From the IMG/VR virus record IMGVR_UViG_3300027956_000006: a stretch of 64,000 nucleotides of DNA. One strand, 5' to 3'. A program made the translations under genes and the position numbers. The notes under the pieces were generated by a model. That model ran no database searches. It was not told where the DNA came from and saw only the letters and a list, made by a program, of their open reading frames with translations. This DNA is from a virus. Positions 19,786 to 30,503 of the stretch are shown here, piece by piece (position 1 is the stretch's first letter; each line of letters starts with the position of its first letter).

Positions 19786-22389
19786 CTAAGATCGTCCCTT
19801 AATATCCCTAATTAATTTGCGTTGTTCTAGTAATTTCTCTAAAGATTTTAATAACGCTTGCGGCATATCTAGCGTATCCTCTTTTTGTATAATTTGAGCA
19901 AATCTACAAATTTCTTTTATATGTGCCCCAGAAAAACCTTCTGTTTGTTTTAAAACAGACTCTAATATTGCATCGCTAATATCTTCTTTTAAAAAATGTA
20001 ATAACATTTCTTTTCTTATTTCTTTATTAGGTAAATTAAAATATATAATATCGTGGAATCTCCCAGGTCTATCAATTAATGCTTCAGGTAATTTTTCTGG
20101 AAAATTAGATGTTAATATTGTAAATATGCCATTATTTAATTTTAAACCATCTAATTCTGTTTTTAAAAGATCTATCATCCCATATTCTATGTAAGAATCA
20201 ATGTCTTCCATAAAAAGAATAGAAGGTCGAAGATTACGCGCTAAAGAAAAAGCTATAGAAAAAGCACTACTAGGCCCGATAGCTGAACAATCTTTTGCCG
20301 TGACCCAAATAAATGTTGGAGCCATTTTAGATAATAATTTACCAGTAAGTGTTTTCCCACACCCAGGTGGTCCAATAAAAATTAATCCTCGTGAATCAAG
20401 ATTAGGGTCATTTTTAGAAATCAATGATTCAACTTTTCTTAATTTATCTTTAATTGAATTACTAAGTTTTAAATCTTCCCAAGTAATAGTTTGTTCATCC
20501 AGAAATTCACCAGTAACAGAAAATTTTTCGTTTCTTAAAAAATTATTTTCTTGCGCGTAAAGTAATATGGCTCTTAACAATTTATTATTATATTCTTTTT
20601 CATTAATATGCGTAATAATTTTAGCCTGATATCCACCCCATACTGGATAACGCTGTATTATTATTGGCATATTTTTTGTATCATCATAATAAAAACTAGT
20701 TCCTTCTACTAAAAATGTTTTAGAAAGATTCTTTTTTAATTTTATTTCTTGATATAATGGTGGTATTTCATAACTAGAAAAATTTCTAGTTTCTATTAAA
20801 GTAAAGTTTTTTAATAATACTTCTACTGAATTAAAAATATTACCAGATTCTACATGTGGTATGTGCATTACATTAATATAAATATCTTTAATTTCACAAT
20901 TCAAAAAATTACATAATATTGATATTTCATTAATATTATTTTCATTTTTACATATAGATACACATTTTTTAATTTCTTTATTATAAATAAATAAACCAGG
21001 TTGTTTATACGACAAAGTATAAGGCATATCTACTCTAATTACAACACCATTATTATCAATTAAGTTTAATCTTTGTAATGCTTTTTCTAATTCATCTCTT
21101 TTTTTACAAAAAATATAAGGTAATTTATTTAATTGATAATCAGATTTTGTTAATGTAAATGTTGATTGTTTAATATTTAATATATCTAAAAATTTTCTAC
21201 GTTCTGAAAAATTTAATTTATGTAAATCAGTATCAAAATATAATACATCATTTATATTACAAACGATATTATTATCCTTATTATCTGTTTTTAAATATTC
21301 TAACACTCCATTAGTATCAGTCTGTGTACCTACTAACTCTAAAGTCCCTAAAACAATCAAACTGTCTACAGACAAAGTTTTTATAACTTTTATAATATTC
21401 GGAAGATATTCGTTTAACTTAATTCCTTCTTCTGTATAAATAGAAATAATATCCCCATCTTTATGTATTTGACAATTTAAACCAAAAGAATTTTTAGTAA
21501 TATACAAAGGATAATCTTGTTCAACAAAATTAGAAACAATAAAGTTACTTTCAGTATAAGGTAACGACTTATCTACTAAATTAAGAAAAAAAGTGCTAAC
21601 TAATAACTTATCAGTATCCTTTATATAACGAGCCTGTTTCAATAATTCTCCCTTTATGCATACTGCTGATTTTAGAAAATCTGTATTATTATTATAGGCA
21701 GACTCAACATAGCGGTTATCCTCAACTATACGCGAACAATTTAAAGAAAAAACAGTCTTTGAATCTAAACATTCATCTAAGGTGTTATTTTCTTTTAAAA
21801 ATTTAAACGCTCCCCAATAACGTCTAGGGAGTAATTTTAATGTCTTCCAAATAGCGATCTTCAAAAAGGCTGTTTTTTCTGTTTCTTCTTTGGTAGTATT
21901 AATAATAAACTCATTATCTTTAGTCAAGTATATAAAAGGATCCTTTATTTTAAAACTTTTTAAATATTGTAACAATTCATCAATATTTACTTCATCTTTT
22001 ATATCAAATTCTTGTTTGTCAAATTTATAATAATCATCTAAAAAATCTTCTTTATATTTATGAAATACATTGCGCTGTTCTAATGCCTTTATAACATTCA
22101 GGTGTCGCTCATATAAATTTAAAAAGTCATAATAATTATCAAAATCATCAACTTCGCAAGATAAATGTAGCTGCTCATGTTCATTTGTTAAATTTTTTAT
22201 TTCTTCCTGTACATTACTTGGTAAAATAGGTTTAACTAATATATTACCATTAGTATCTAATGTACAACTACATTTAGGACAATTAATGGCCTGTGATTTT
22301 AAACTATTCATATTAAAATAAATAATCTCTTGATCACAATTTTTACAAGTTACTGTATAGCTTTTTTCTACTGTCATCAATAACCCCAC
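19786..22389 (-). CDS. Multidomain protein: Zn ribbon, degenerate ATP-dependent DNA ligase-like domain, AAA+ ATPase
   Basis: CKNC/CPKC; CQIHKDGD, DVLYFD, FSERRKFL; GPPGCGKT, FMEDID, TSN, DRPGRF. Confidence 0.8.
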   Translation of the reverse strand: MGLLMTVEKSYTVTCKNCDQEIIYFNMNSLKSQAINCPKCSCTLDTNGNILVKPILPSNVQEEIKNLTNEHEQLHLSCEVDDFDNYYDFLNLYERHLNVIKALEQRNVFHKYKEDFLDDYYKFDKQEFDIKDEVNIDELLQYLKSFKIKDPFIYLTKDNEFIINTTKEETEKTAFLKIAIWKTLKLLPRRYWGAFKFLKENNTLDECLDSKTVFSLNCSRIVEDNRYVESAYNNNTDFLKSAVCIKGELLKQARYIKDTDKLLVSTFFLNLVDKSLPYTESNFIVSNFVEQDYPLYITKNSFGLNCQIHKDGDIISIYTEEGIKLNEYLPNIIKVIKTLSVDSLIVLGTLELVGTQTDTNGVLEYLKTDNKDNNIVCNINDVLYFDTDLHKLNFSERRKFLDILNIKQSTFTLTKSDYQLNKLPYIFCKKRDELEKALQRLNLIDNNGVVIRVDMPYTLSYKQPGLFIYNKEIKKCVSICKNENNINEISILCNFLNCEIKDIYINVMHIPHVESGNIFNSVEVLLKNFTLIETRNFSSYEIPPLYQEIKLKKNLSKTFLVEGTSFYYDDTKNMPIIIQRYPVWGGYQAKIITHINEKEYNNKLLRAILLYAQENNFLRNEKFSVTGEFLDEQTITWEDLKLSNSIKDKLRKVESLISKNDPNLDSRGLIFIGPPGCGKTLTGKLLSKMAPTFIWVTAKDCSAIGPSSAFSIAFSLARNLRPSILFMEDIDSYIEYGMIDLLKTELDGLKLNNGIFTILTSNFPEKLPEALIDRPGRFHDIIYFNLPNKEIRKEMLLHFLKEDISDAILESVLKQTEGFSGAHIKEICRFAQIIQKEDTLDMPQALLKSLEKLLEQRKLIRDIKGRS

Positions 22390-22394
22390 AATTA

Positions 22395-22847
22395 TTATAC
22401 TTTACGGCAATTAATACTTACTAAAGTTTTTTGTTGTTCGTCTAATACATTAATCATTTTTTCATGTTCACGTTGTCTATTTGTACAAGCACTATCAAAT
22501 TCTTTTCTTAATTCACGTAAACCAGAACAACACTCTGCTGTCGCACTAAGTATAATTTTATGCTCCTCTTGAAAACGGTTAAAAGAAGCTGTAATTGTAA
22601 GCATGTACTGTCTATAATCACTCGCTTGTGTATCTAAAGTTTTTTGGAATTGTTGTACTAAGGTTACCCATTGTAACCTTTCTTCTTTAGCATCATTTAA
22701 AATTTTTTCTTTTAATTTTAATGTTGATCGCAAAAGAAACATAAACCCAAAAAATATCAACCCGGCAAAACCAAATTGTGTTACTAAATCTTTTGTAGCC
22801 GCTTCTTGTAAAATCGCAGAAGTTGCTGTTGTCGTAGTAGGGTCCAT
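22395..22847 (-). CDS. Membrane-anchored coiled-coil protein (holin-like)
   Basis: One N-terminal TM segment (FGFAGLIFFGFMFLL) then coiled coil. Confidence 0.5.
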   Translation of the reverse strand: MDPTTTTATSAILQEAATKDLVTQFGFAGLIFFGFMFLLRSTLKLKEKILNDAKEERLQWVTLVQQFQKTLDTQASDYRQYMLTITASFNRFQEEHKIILSATAECCSGLRELRKEFDSACTNRQREHEKMINVLDEQQKTLVSINCRKV

Positions 22848-22866
22848 AATAACCTAAATTTAAAAA

Positions 22867-23130
22867 TTATTTTAAAGCAATCATACAAGATGCACTTGTC
22901 CCTGTAAGAGTTGCAAAAATACCAACCTTATATGTAATATTTAAAATTGATAAACCAGAAGATGTGTTTGCAACTGCACTTAATTCCCATAATATTGTGC
23001 CGCTTGCTTCTGTATTATCATAAAGAACAATGGTAGCAGTATCGCTACCGGCTTTTAATCCAATAGCGTCTAAAATTCCCTTACCAGTTAATACTGCACC
23101 TGTAGCAGTAATTCTTTTAGGACATGCCAT
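22867..23130 (-). CDS. Small putative virion protein
   Basis: LYDNTEASGT beta-rich segment; lies in head module. Confidence 0.55.
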   Translation of the reverse strand: MACPKRITATGAVLTGKGILDAIGLKAGSDTATIVLYDNTEASGTILWELSAVANTSSGLSILNITYKVGIFATLTGTSASCMIALK

Positions 23131-23131
23131 A

Positions 23132-24925
23132 TTATTTCTCCTTCGCAGTACCCTTATTTGGTCTACCTTGTTGTTCTAATGGTGATATTTGTGTTTTATT
23201 CTTTTTTTTAGTTTGCTCAATATTATTATCAGGTTCATTTTTAGTTGTAGGATTAACTTTTGCTTGAACATATGAAACTGGTACTTGACGATCAGTTAAT
23301 TCCTTCTCGCCAGAAGATATTTCTTGTGCAATGCGTTCAATCTCAACTTTATCATCTAATCCATAGGCTTGTAATAAACTACGTGTTGATATTTTACCTA
23401 TTTTAATTAAATTTAATAAACCCATTTTAAATGCTTCTGTTTTTGTATTAAGTGGTTTAAACGACATGTTTGGAATAGCAGTTAATTTACCTTTATTACG
23501 TTCTACAATTGCTGTAGTCAATGCTTCCCAAAAACGTCTTATATGATTTAAACGGATATTATCAACAAATTGTTCAAAATTTTGAATATTAATACCAGAA
23601 AAATCCATTCTTTTATCAGCAGGAGAAAGTAATATCCCAAATGCTTGATATACTTCTACCGTAGATTGTACATATTTAGTAGTATTTAATAAAACAGATG
23701 TGTCAGGAGTTTTTATATTAAGTTTAAAATAATAAGGATGGAATAATTGCATTACATTACCACGCGTGTCAGATGTAATAATTTCTTTCGCCATTTCAAT
23801 AGTGCTTTTCTCTATCTTACTTCCACTTGAGTCATATTTTGCAGGTCTAGGTTGATTTGGTAAAATTTCTTTATTTTGACCATTTTGCAATATTGTATTA
23901 TCACCTATTTCCCAATCTAAAATAAAATTTATTACACCATCTAAAATAGCGAGATCTGCAGCGGTTAACGCCCTTCTCATAACGAGAATTTCATATAATC
24001 CAATAAAAGGTGGCGAAGGATATAGACCTTGTCCAGTTTGAACATTACGTCCATATACTAAAGACGTATTATCTGCTGGTGTCCAATCATATTTAACCGC
24101 AAAACCTTCTAATTTTGGTTTAATTGCAGTTCCCATTAAAACGATTTTGTGCCATTCATCAGGATTATGTGTTATCGTAGTGCCAGTACCTAAAGGTGTC
24201 TCCTTGTATGATTCAGCAATACTTTTTCCTGCTAAAGATAATTTTAAATACATCTCTTCATTAGAAAAAGTTTGTTTTGGACGTTCTAATGCGATAGATA
24301 AAGAATTATGTATTACCATTTTAATAGGCATTTGATAATCAATATTATCAACAGTAATAGTGCCCCATTCCCATTCTAGTGGAGCCATGCCACCTAACAA
24401 CAAATGTTTCACGATCCACTTATTTATTTCATCAATACCTGGTAAAACATTTGCTACCCGTTTATTAATAGTAGCCGCCCATTTATTCCATACACGTCTT
24501 TCCTTATCTTCTTTGCTCTCTATTTTAAAAACTTTATTTTTTAACCATTCTGAAAAATTTATTTTTCTCTCTACTGGAACTTCCCACTCAAATCCATTAG
24601 CAGCAAAATCTACACACCTACTGATTAAATATCTGAATAACCGATCAGTTTCATACATCTCCCATGCTTTCTTAACTTGTTCATGATAACCATGAGGAAT
24701 TCTAATATCGATTACTCTTCCATAATCAGATCGGTTAGATTTATTGAAATAGTCTGAAGTTTCTTCTTCAGCTGGTAAGGGACCATATAGAACTCGGGAT
24801 TTTACTGATGATATAACACCAACATGTTGATCATTTTGATGTTTTATAAAAGTAGGGCTTACTTTTTGTGATTTTGTTTTTTTTGGCATGCAATAAAAAA
24901 GAGCTGCACAATACCAAAGTATCAT
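23132..24925 (-). CDS. Portal protein (probable; start may be ATG at 24889)
   Basis: About 590 aa directly after terminase and before protease; C-terminal GRP tail. Confidence 0.7.
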   Translation of the reverse strand: MILWYCAALFYCMPKKTKSQKVSPTFIKHQNDQHVGVISSVKSRVLYGPLPAEEETSDYFNKSNRSDYGRVIDIRIPHGYHEQVKKAWEMYETDRLFRYLISRCVDFAANGFEWEVPVERKINFSEWLKNKVFKIESKEDKERRVWNKWAATINKRVANVLPGIDEINKWIVKHLLLGGMAPLEWEWGTITVDNIDYQMPIKMVIHNSLSIALERPKQTFSNEEMYLKLSLAGKSIAESYKETPLGTGTTITHNPDEWHKIVLMGTAIKPKLEGFAVKYDWTPADNTSLVYGRNVQTGQGLYPSPPFIGLYEILVMRRALTAADLAILDGVINFILDWEIGDNTILQNGQNKEILPNQPRPAKYDSSGSKIEKSTIEMAKEIITSDTRGNVMQLFHPYYFKLNIKTPDTSVLLNTTKYVQSTVEVYQAFGILLSPADKRMDFSGINIQNFEQFVDNIRLNHIRRFWEALTTAIVERNKGKLTAIPNMSFKPLNTKTEAFKMGLLNLIKIGKISTRSLLQAYGLDDKVEIERIAQEISSGEKELTDRQVPVSYVQAKVNPTTKNEPDNNIEQTKKKNKTQISPLEQQGRPNKGTAKEK

Positions 24926-24965
24926 GCAGCTCTCATTTGAATAATGTCGAGCTATCCTTTATATT

Positions 24966-25115
24966 TTATTTTATCTCTTTATATTTTCTTATTGGTGGAG
25001 AAGTCTCTTCAAAAGCAATCCCTCTCCCTTGGTGTACTGTAATTTTTATATTAATTTCACCATATTTTAAATCATTACAATATTCATCTAAAATTTGCCA
25101 AATAGTTTTTTCCAT
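24966..25115 (-). CDS. Small hypothetical protein (YezD/DUF2292-like)
   Basis: Own translation MEKTIWQILDEYCNDLKYGEINIKITVHQGR...; lies behind a consensus promoter. Confidence 0.5.
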   Translation of the reverse strand: MEKTIWQILDEYCNDLKYGEINIKITVHQGRGIAFEETSPPIRKYKEIK

Positions 25116-25168
25116 TATCATTATATTAAATAAAGTAATTATTATTTATTATACTTTATCTCATGTTA

Positions 25169-25197
25169 AGTATAACGCATATTCCTATATTTGTCAA
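25169..25197 (-). promoter_or_regulatory. sigma70-type promoter facing the portal/capsid operon
   Basis: TTGACA-17 bp-TATACT. Confidence 0.75.
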
Positions 25198-25216
25198 CTA
25201 TTTTATTACCAAAATG

Positions 25217-28036
25217 TTACATATTTTCTAAAGATTGTTTTTGTGTTTTAAATAAGTTTAAAGTGTTTTCTTCTTTAGAGGGAAATTGCATTTCGTAAGC
25301 TTCATCATCTTCCATATTTTCTAATGGTGGTTTTTCAATTAATATATGCAATTTCCACCATGCACCAGCAAAACATCTATACGCTTCTGGTATATGCACT
25401 GTTGGTGGGGTATGTATAGAAACACGACCACTAGGGTCGGTTTTCTGCGTTTCAGAAATAAATTCTGGTATCATTTCTTCGTCATAATTTAAAAGAAATT
25501 CAGTACTATAAAATTTTTCACGCAAAATACGAGTAGTAAGATTTTTCATATAATCTTTTACTTCTTCTAAGATATCTCCAGCTCCTTCTTTTTTACGCTT
25601 ATATCCGGTAATAATGGCTTCACGAAAATCTATGAAAAAAATCCTTTTATCATATTGTTTAGATTTATATTGTTCATTTTTGGGATTACATAATTTTGTC
25701 GCTATATCTCTACCATCCGCAGAAGTACAATCTATGCCTGCATATGCTTTATAAAATGTTAATACATAATCAACTAATTCTGTTTGATCATCTGAAATCA
25801 TACGATCTAATAATAAAATTTTTACTTTTAAATTCCATTTTCCTTTATATTTAAAAAAAGGTAACAGAATAGTGGGCTGCGAATAACCTGCATCTATACC
25901 AACAATAACTTCTTCTACACCTTCAGGTAAACCTGGTAAATTACATAATACCTGACACGGATCCATATTCACATAATCTTTTGCTAAAATTGTAATAATA
26001 CGAATTTGGTTTTCAATTAACCCAGGAATATCTTTTGATTCACTAAAATCAATATTCTTTTTAATATCAGCTTCATTCCATACACCAAAAGAAGGCTCTC
26101 CATCCTGTGCTTCAATTTGTTGAATCCAATCATTAGAATTAGGGCCTTTTAATGTAGCTAATTTTTCACGTTTTAATTCTTGATTCCAATTAGGTTCCAT
26201 TGCGCGATGAACCCTAAATTTTTTATTTTTAAATTTCTTTAAACGATGCGTAATCTCATAAAATGGAGAATCAAGGATCCCATTTGATACGCCATAATAA
26301 CGGTCAACAGAACCAGAAGGATGTTGCGTGTTTTGATATTTCATCCAAGCGTCTTGTATATAGAATTGGCCTTCTTCGATAAATCTAAAACAATTAGCGA
26401 CTAATGTATGACTAACAAAATAATTATGTGTATTTTTAATACTAAGATCACATACCTTATTAATTTGTTTATCTATTATAATTTCTTTAACCATTTTTTT
26501 CTGCAATAGAAATTCTTCATTAAAAAATTCATTAAGCTTAGATCCAATGCTAGATGTATCTGTTTCTATATTAACTACTTTATATAAAAAAATTGGATGT
26601 AAGTAAGGTAAAATTAAATTAATAAATTTTAATGCATTTTTACGATTAAGATATAAATGATATAAGAAATGCCCAAAACGTTTATTTTTTACTATTTTTA
26701 CATCAATATCAAATTTAGATTTTAAAAATATTTTTAATAACTTATTTTCATTTAATGTAAATCCTTGTGTATGCAATATAATACAATATATTACACCGCT
26801 TTTACCTAGAGTTCTACCCCCATCATCCATATACCAAATAGCTAAAGATTTTTCATCCACAAATTTTAAAAATTCTTCTGTAATAGTTTTTTTCTTATTT
26901 TTAATACATGTTAATGCAATTGGATCAAATGCAGATAAACAACGAGTGCTAAAAGATGCTTGATAGTGTCCATGTATACGGGGAACTTGTTTAATAATTT
27001 TTACTTTTTTATCTGAAACAAAATTTTTTAATACTTTATATTTAAATTCTATATATTCTCCATGTAAAGCTGTATGCGTAAATCTTATTCTATGTGATGC
27101 ATCTGGAATATTACGTTGTTTATTAATTTTTCTACCAATTCTATGATTATTCCATGGATGAATAGATATTGATGCATCACCCAACAAACTACCAACAACA
27201 AGCGACCTTTGCGCACATGTCAAACTTGGCTCATCAGATAATAAAAAATCTGAAAATGGAATAATATCTTGCGCTTGTTTTTTAGTAATAATATTATTAC
27301 TTTCAACATAAATACTATGATTATTAGTAACTAAAAGATGTGTATTATCTTCTAAAATAATACGTAATATTTTTTTATCTTCAATTGGTGACACCCAACC
27401 ATCAATAATTTCACTATCAACAATTTGTTGTTTATGAAAATCAAAACTTTTAACAAATAATTTTTTACCCCTTCTAATTTCTCTAATAATTTTAATAATA
27501 GAAATATTTCTCCCATCAGAAAGACGAACTCTTTGCCAAGGATGAATACATGGGTGATGTCCCTGAATCATAACGGCTTGAGGATCTTCACCCGTAGAAA
27601 TACCACAAATTTCATGATTATTTTTAAAACGAATTGAATAAATTGGAGTACGTGTAACAGCCTCGCGTAAAGAAACGCTTGTGTCACCTTTTAAGAAACT
27701 TCGCAAATAAGGAACATTCGCAAGATAAGTAATAACCTTCTCTAAACGATCCTTAACATGTGTTTTACGAAATGCTGTAAGAAAAGTTTCTTCTCCTGGA
27801 TATAAATATGGGTTTTGCATAATTGAAAACTCAAGATCAAAACTTTTTCCAGTTCCACGTGCTCCTGCCCACACAAGTTCGTCACATAACGCAGGTGCAT
27901 ATTGATAATAATATGTATAAAAAACTTTTCCTGTTGCTTGGGGTATAAAAAAATCTCGAAATGCTATTTTATGATGAAAAACAAAATATAACCCTAGTTT
28001 TTGCTCAATGGTTGTGTTCTTTGTAGTAGTCGTCAT
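25217..28036 (-). CDS. terL: Terminase large subunit with intein
   Basis: Walker A GARGTGKS, Walker B FRFIEE right after the intein, nuclease VGIDAG; upstream of portal. Confidence 0.85.
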   Translation of the reverse strand: MTTTTKNTTIEQKLGLYFVFHHKIAFRDFFIPQATGKVFYTYYYQYAPALCDELVWAGARGTGKSFDLEFSIMQNPYLYPGEETFLTAFRKTHVKDRLEKVITYLANVPYLRSFLKGDTSVSLREAVTRTPIYSIRFKNNHEICGISTGEDPQAVMIQGHHPCIHPWQRVRLSDGRNISIIKIIREIRRGKKLFVKSFDFHKQQIVDSEIIDGWVSPIEDKKILRIILEDNTHLLVTNNHSIYVESNNIITKKQAQDIIPFSDFLLSDEPSLTCAQRSLVVGSLLGDASISIHPWNNHRIGRKINKQRNIPDASHRIRFTHTALHGEYIEFKYKVLKNFVSDKKVKIIKQVPRIHGHYQASFSTRCLSAFDPIALTCIKNKKKTITEEFLKFVDEKSLAIWYMDDGGRTLGKSGVIYCIILHTQGFTLNENKLLKIFLKSKFDIDVKIVKNKRFGHFLYHLYLNRKNALKFINLILPYLHPIFLYKVVNIETDTSSIGSKLNEFFNEEFLLQKKMVKEIIIDKQINKVCDLSIKNTHNYFVSHTLVANCFRFIEEGQFYIQDAWMKYQNTQHPSGSVDRYYGVSNGILDSPFYEITHRLKKFKNKKFRVHRAMEPNWNQELKREKLATLKGPNSNDWIQQIEAQDGEPSFGVWNEADIKKNIDFSESKDIPGLIENQIRIITILAKDYVNMDPCQVLCNLPGLPEGVEEVIVGIDAGYSQPTILLPFFKYKGKWNLKVKILLLDRMISDDQTELVDYVLTFYKAYAGIDCTSADGRDIATKLCNPKNEQYKSKQYDKRIFFIDFREAIITGYKRKKEGAGDILEEVKDYMKNLTTRILREKFYSTEFLLNYDEEMIPEFISETQKTDPSGRVSIHTPPTVHIPEAYRCFAGAWWKLHILIEKPPLENMEDDEAYEMQFPSKEENTLNLFKTQKQSLENM
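26393..27550 (-). mobile_element. Intein (386 aa) with LAGLIDADG endonuclease
   Basis: N-terminus CIHPWQRV, block B TNNH, GSLLGDAS and AIWYMDDG, C-terminus VCDLSIKNTHNYFV...LVAN/C. Confidence 0.92.
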
Positions 28037-28937
28037 ATACCTTTTGTAAATCCTTTAAAAAACTTTCTTCTTTCTCTAACAGAGGTACATCTTCTTGCAC
28101 TGGCTTAACACCATATTCACCTCTAGCAGCTGCAGTTACTAAAATACCTTCAGGAGAAGTACGTAAAACAAACGCTACATAATGTAATGGAATTAATTGT
28201 TTATGATATAAATACCATAATTCTGGTGAAAAAACATGATAAATTGTTTCACCATTATTATCTAATGTAGTCTTAATTGCAAAACTAGGTAAACCTTGTG
28301 TATTTACAATCGCACCACAAGTACAACGAAAAGTAAATTCCCCAATGTGTGACTTAATAAAAGACTCAGCAGCTTCCATTGTTTCAGCATGTAAATCAGT
28401 AACATCCTTAATCTTTTTACGTTTATCAAGCATCCCTTCTAACGAACGCTGTAATGAAGCTACCTGTTCTGACACATTACGCATTTCTTTTAACCAACTG
28501 ATATTTTCAGCATCATCCTCACTTGTCCCTTTTTTACGATTTAATTTAGCATGCATACGCTGATAAATAATCTGTAATTTACGACTCATTGTCGCCCAAA
28601 ACAAAAATTCATTTAAAGCTGAACAATCGGGGTATCCCTCCTCAAGCATACTCTGTCTTACTTTTTTTAAATAATCTAATGAATTAAATTTATCATATTT
28701 AGAGGAAAAAATTTCCTGTAAATATGATAAATCACCAACATATTTTAAATCGAATTCTTCGGGAAGTTTATTCTCGTCATCTCTTTGTTTTGCCAATATA
28801 TCTTTATCTGGAGATAATGAGGTGGGATTAATTATAGGAAGTGCTTGTTGGTCAGAAAAACTTTTTAATATTTTTTCGTTATATTCTTGTTCTATAGCAT
28901 CTGGTACTGGTTCTTGATCTTCGGACATATTTATCAA
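28005..28937 (-). CDS. Hypothetical protein, possible terminase small subunit
   Basis: Overlaps terL start; helical/coiled-coil; positional inference only. Confidence 0.5.
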   Translation of the reverse strand: MINMSEDQEPVPDAIEQEYNEKILKSFSDQQALPIINPTSLSPDKDILAKQRDDENKLPEEFDLKYVGDLSYLQEIFSSKYDKFNSLDYLKKVRQSMLEEGYPDCSALNEFLFWATMSRKLQIIYQRMHAKLNRKKGTSEDDAENISWLKEMRNVSEQVASLQRSLEGMLDKRKKIKDVTDLHAETMEAAESFIKSHIGEFTFRCTCGAIVNTQGLPSFAIKTTLDNNGETIYHVFSPELWYLYHKQLIPLHYVAFVLRTSPEGILVTAAARGEYGVKPVQEDVPLLEKEESFLKDLQKVYDDYYKEHNH

Positions 28938-29028
28938 TGCATTGTTCTTATTAAAAATTAATAAAATATTCTAATTTTTTTCTATTGAATAAATCTACCA
29001 TTATAATCACGTTTTCTTAAAAAAGTTG

Positions 29029-29619
29029 TTAACACTTTCTAATAGCTCCTATAGTAGTACTAAATAAATCAGCAGTATGAATTAAGCACGCTAAACTTGT
29101 CATTTTACCCTTATCAATAGAAAACCCACCATGATGAAATACCAAAGAATTTAATTGTATATCTGTTAAAAAAATACCATATTTACTAATTAAATTAACT
29201 ACCTCAGCACTATCGTTCATATCTACCTTATTATCATTATATAGAAATTCAGTTTCATATTTATTATGCCCAACATTCGGTGATATATTTCTTTTATATT
29301 TAGTAATTTTTTCTAAATCATGTATAAAAGATATACAAATTACATCATCTCTATTAAAATCATGCAAAAAACGTTCTTTATAAAGATCAAACATATCTAA
29401 TGCAAATTCCATTACTTCTAAAGTATGCACATAAAGCCCACCTTTATAATTATGATGATATTTGATAGAAGCGGGATTATTTCTAAGCTTTTCTTCTACT
29501 GCCGCATATAATTTTAATACATTCTTTCTTAATGCTGGCATCCTAATTTCTTCCAAATAATCTTTAATTTGTTTTTGTATTGCTATTGTTTCTGATAATT
29601 TGCTATCCATGAGTATCAA
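29029..29619 (-). CDS. HD-domain phosphohydrolase (YhaM-like)
   Basis: PASIKYHHNYKGGLYVHTLEV, HDLEK, HHG, HTAD. Confidence 0.88.
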   Translation of the reverse strand: MILMDSKLSETIAIQKQIKDYLEEIRMPALRKNVLKLYAAVEEKLRNNPASIKYHHNYKGGLYVHTLEVMEFALDMFDLYKERFLHDFNRDDVICISFIHDLEKITKYKRNISPNVGHNKYETEFLYNDNKVDMNDSAEVVNLISKYGIFLTDIQLNSLVFHHGGFSIDKGKMTSLACLIHTADLFSTTIGAIRKC

Positions 29620-29836
29620 TTTGGTTAGGGAAAATTTCTTCTACAGCATGATTAAGTGCTTCAGAAAGTTTTACCTTTTCTCTTGTTGTAGGTTTAACTA
29701 AATGATTTTCAATTAATGAAATACGAGATTGTTTTACACCACTACGGAGAGCTAAATCCCATTGTGATATCTTAGGTATAACTCTATATTCTCTAAGACG
29801 ATTTTGTAATGTTTTTTGTTCTTGCGGGTTGTTCAT
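29603..29836 (-). CDS. XRE-family helix-turn-helix regulator
   Basis: SQWDLALRSGVKQSRISLIEN...VEEIF. Confidence 0.9.
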   Translation of the reverse strand: MNNPQEQKTLQNRLREYRVIPKISQWDLALRSGVKQSRISLIENHLVKPTTREKVKLSEALNHAVEEIFPNQIDTHG

Positions 29837-30143
29837 TTATTTTATTTTCTATTATACATATACATATTTTAACAAATTTTTTAAAATCTAAAATATAAAT
29901 ATTTGGAAGTTTGTTCTGTAATAAATATTTATAAAATAAATATGTTGCTTCTTTATCTCCATAGCCCCCAAACACCCCTAATACCATTGCACATAAAGTC
30001 CATGCTTCAAATTGTTTATATGTAACCTTACTTCTAGATAACTGTGAGTATCTTTTTTTAGTATGTTTCTTTAAAACTATAAATTCTTCCTTATCAATAT
30101 TTATAGCCTTAATTATATAATGTGTCTTTTGCTCATCCATCAA
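29793..30143 (-). CDS. Hypothetical protein
   Basis: ORF directly behind a consensus promoter. Confidence 0.5.
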   Translation of the reverse strand: MMDEQKTHYIIKAINIDKEEFIVLKKHTKKRYSQLSRSKVTYKQFEAWTLCAMVLGVFGGYGDKEATYLFYKYLLQNKLPNIYILDFKKFVKICICIIENKINEQPARTKNITKSS

Positions 30144-30181
30144 AGTTGAAATTATTATTAATTATAGTTATTTACATGATA

Positions 30182-30210
30182 AGTATAACACCCTTTCTCT
30201 ATCTTGTCAA
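30182..30210 (-). promoter_or_regulatory. sigma70-type promoter
   Basis: TTGACA-17 bp-TATACT with TG at the extended -10 position. Confidence 0.75.
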
Positions 30211-30503
30211 AGGTTTTTATATATTTGTTCTTGTTTAAATGAAGCTATAAGATCACCTTGTGCGATAACCTTTTTTTCTAAGTCTTCAATATATTTTCTT
30301 AAGGGTAATAAATTATATTGTTGATGCATATTATTAATAGTTTTTCCTAAAATATTAACTACATCAATTAATGTGTCTATTTTTTCCACAATATCAATTA
30401 TGTCTAAATCAATATACTGTTCTTCTGCTATATTACAATCTGTTAGCATGTTTTTAACTTTAATTCTGTAATATTTTTTATCCTTTTCAAATATCTTTTT
30501 CAT
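30207..30503 (-). CDS. Hypothetical protein
   Basis: ORF with GAGGT RBS. Confidence 0.55.
   Translation of the reverse strand: MKKIFEKDKKYYRIKVKNMLTDCNIAEEQYIDLDIIDIVEKIDTLIDVVNILGKTINNMHQQYNLLPLRKYIEDLEKKVIAQGDLIASFKQEQIYKNL

Noticed and set aside
1004-28563. Plus-strand ORFs antisense to the glycan and head genes
   Set aside because: They overlap well-supported minus-strand genes and show no motifs or RBS.
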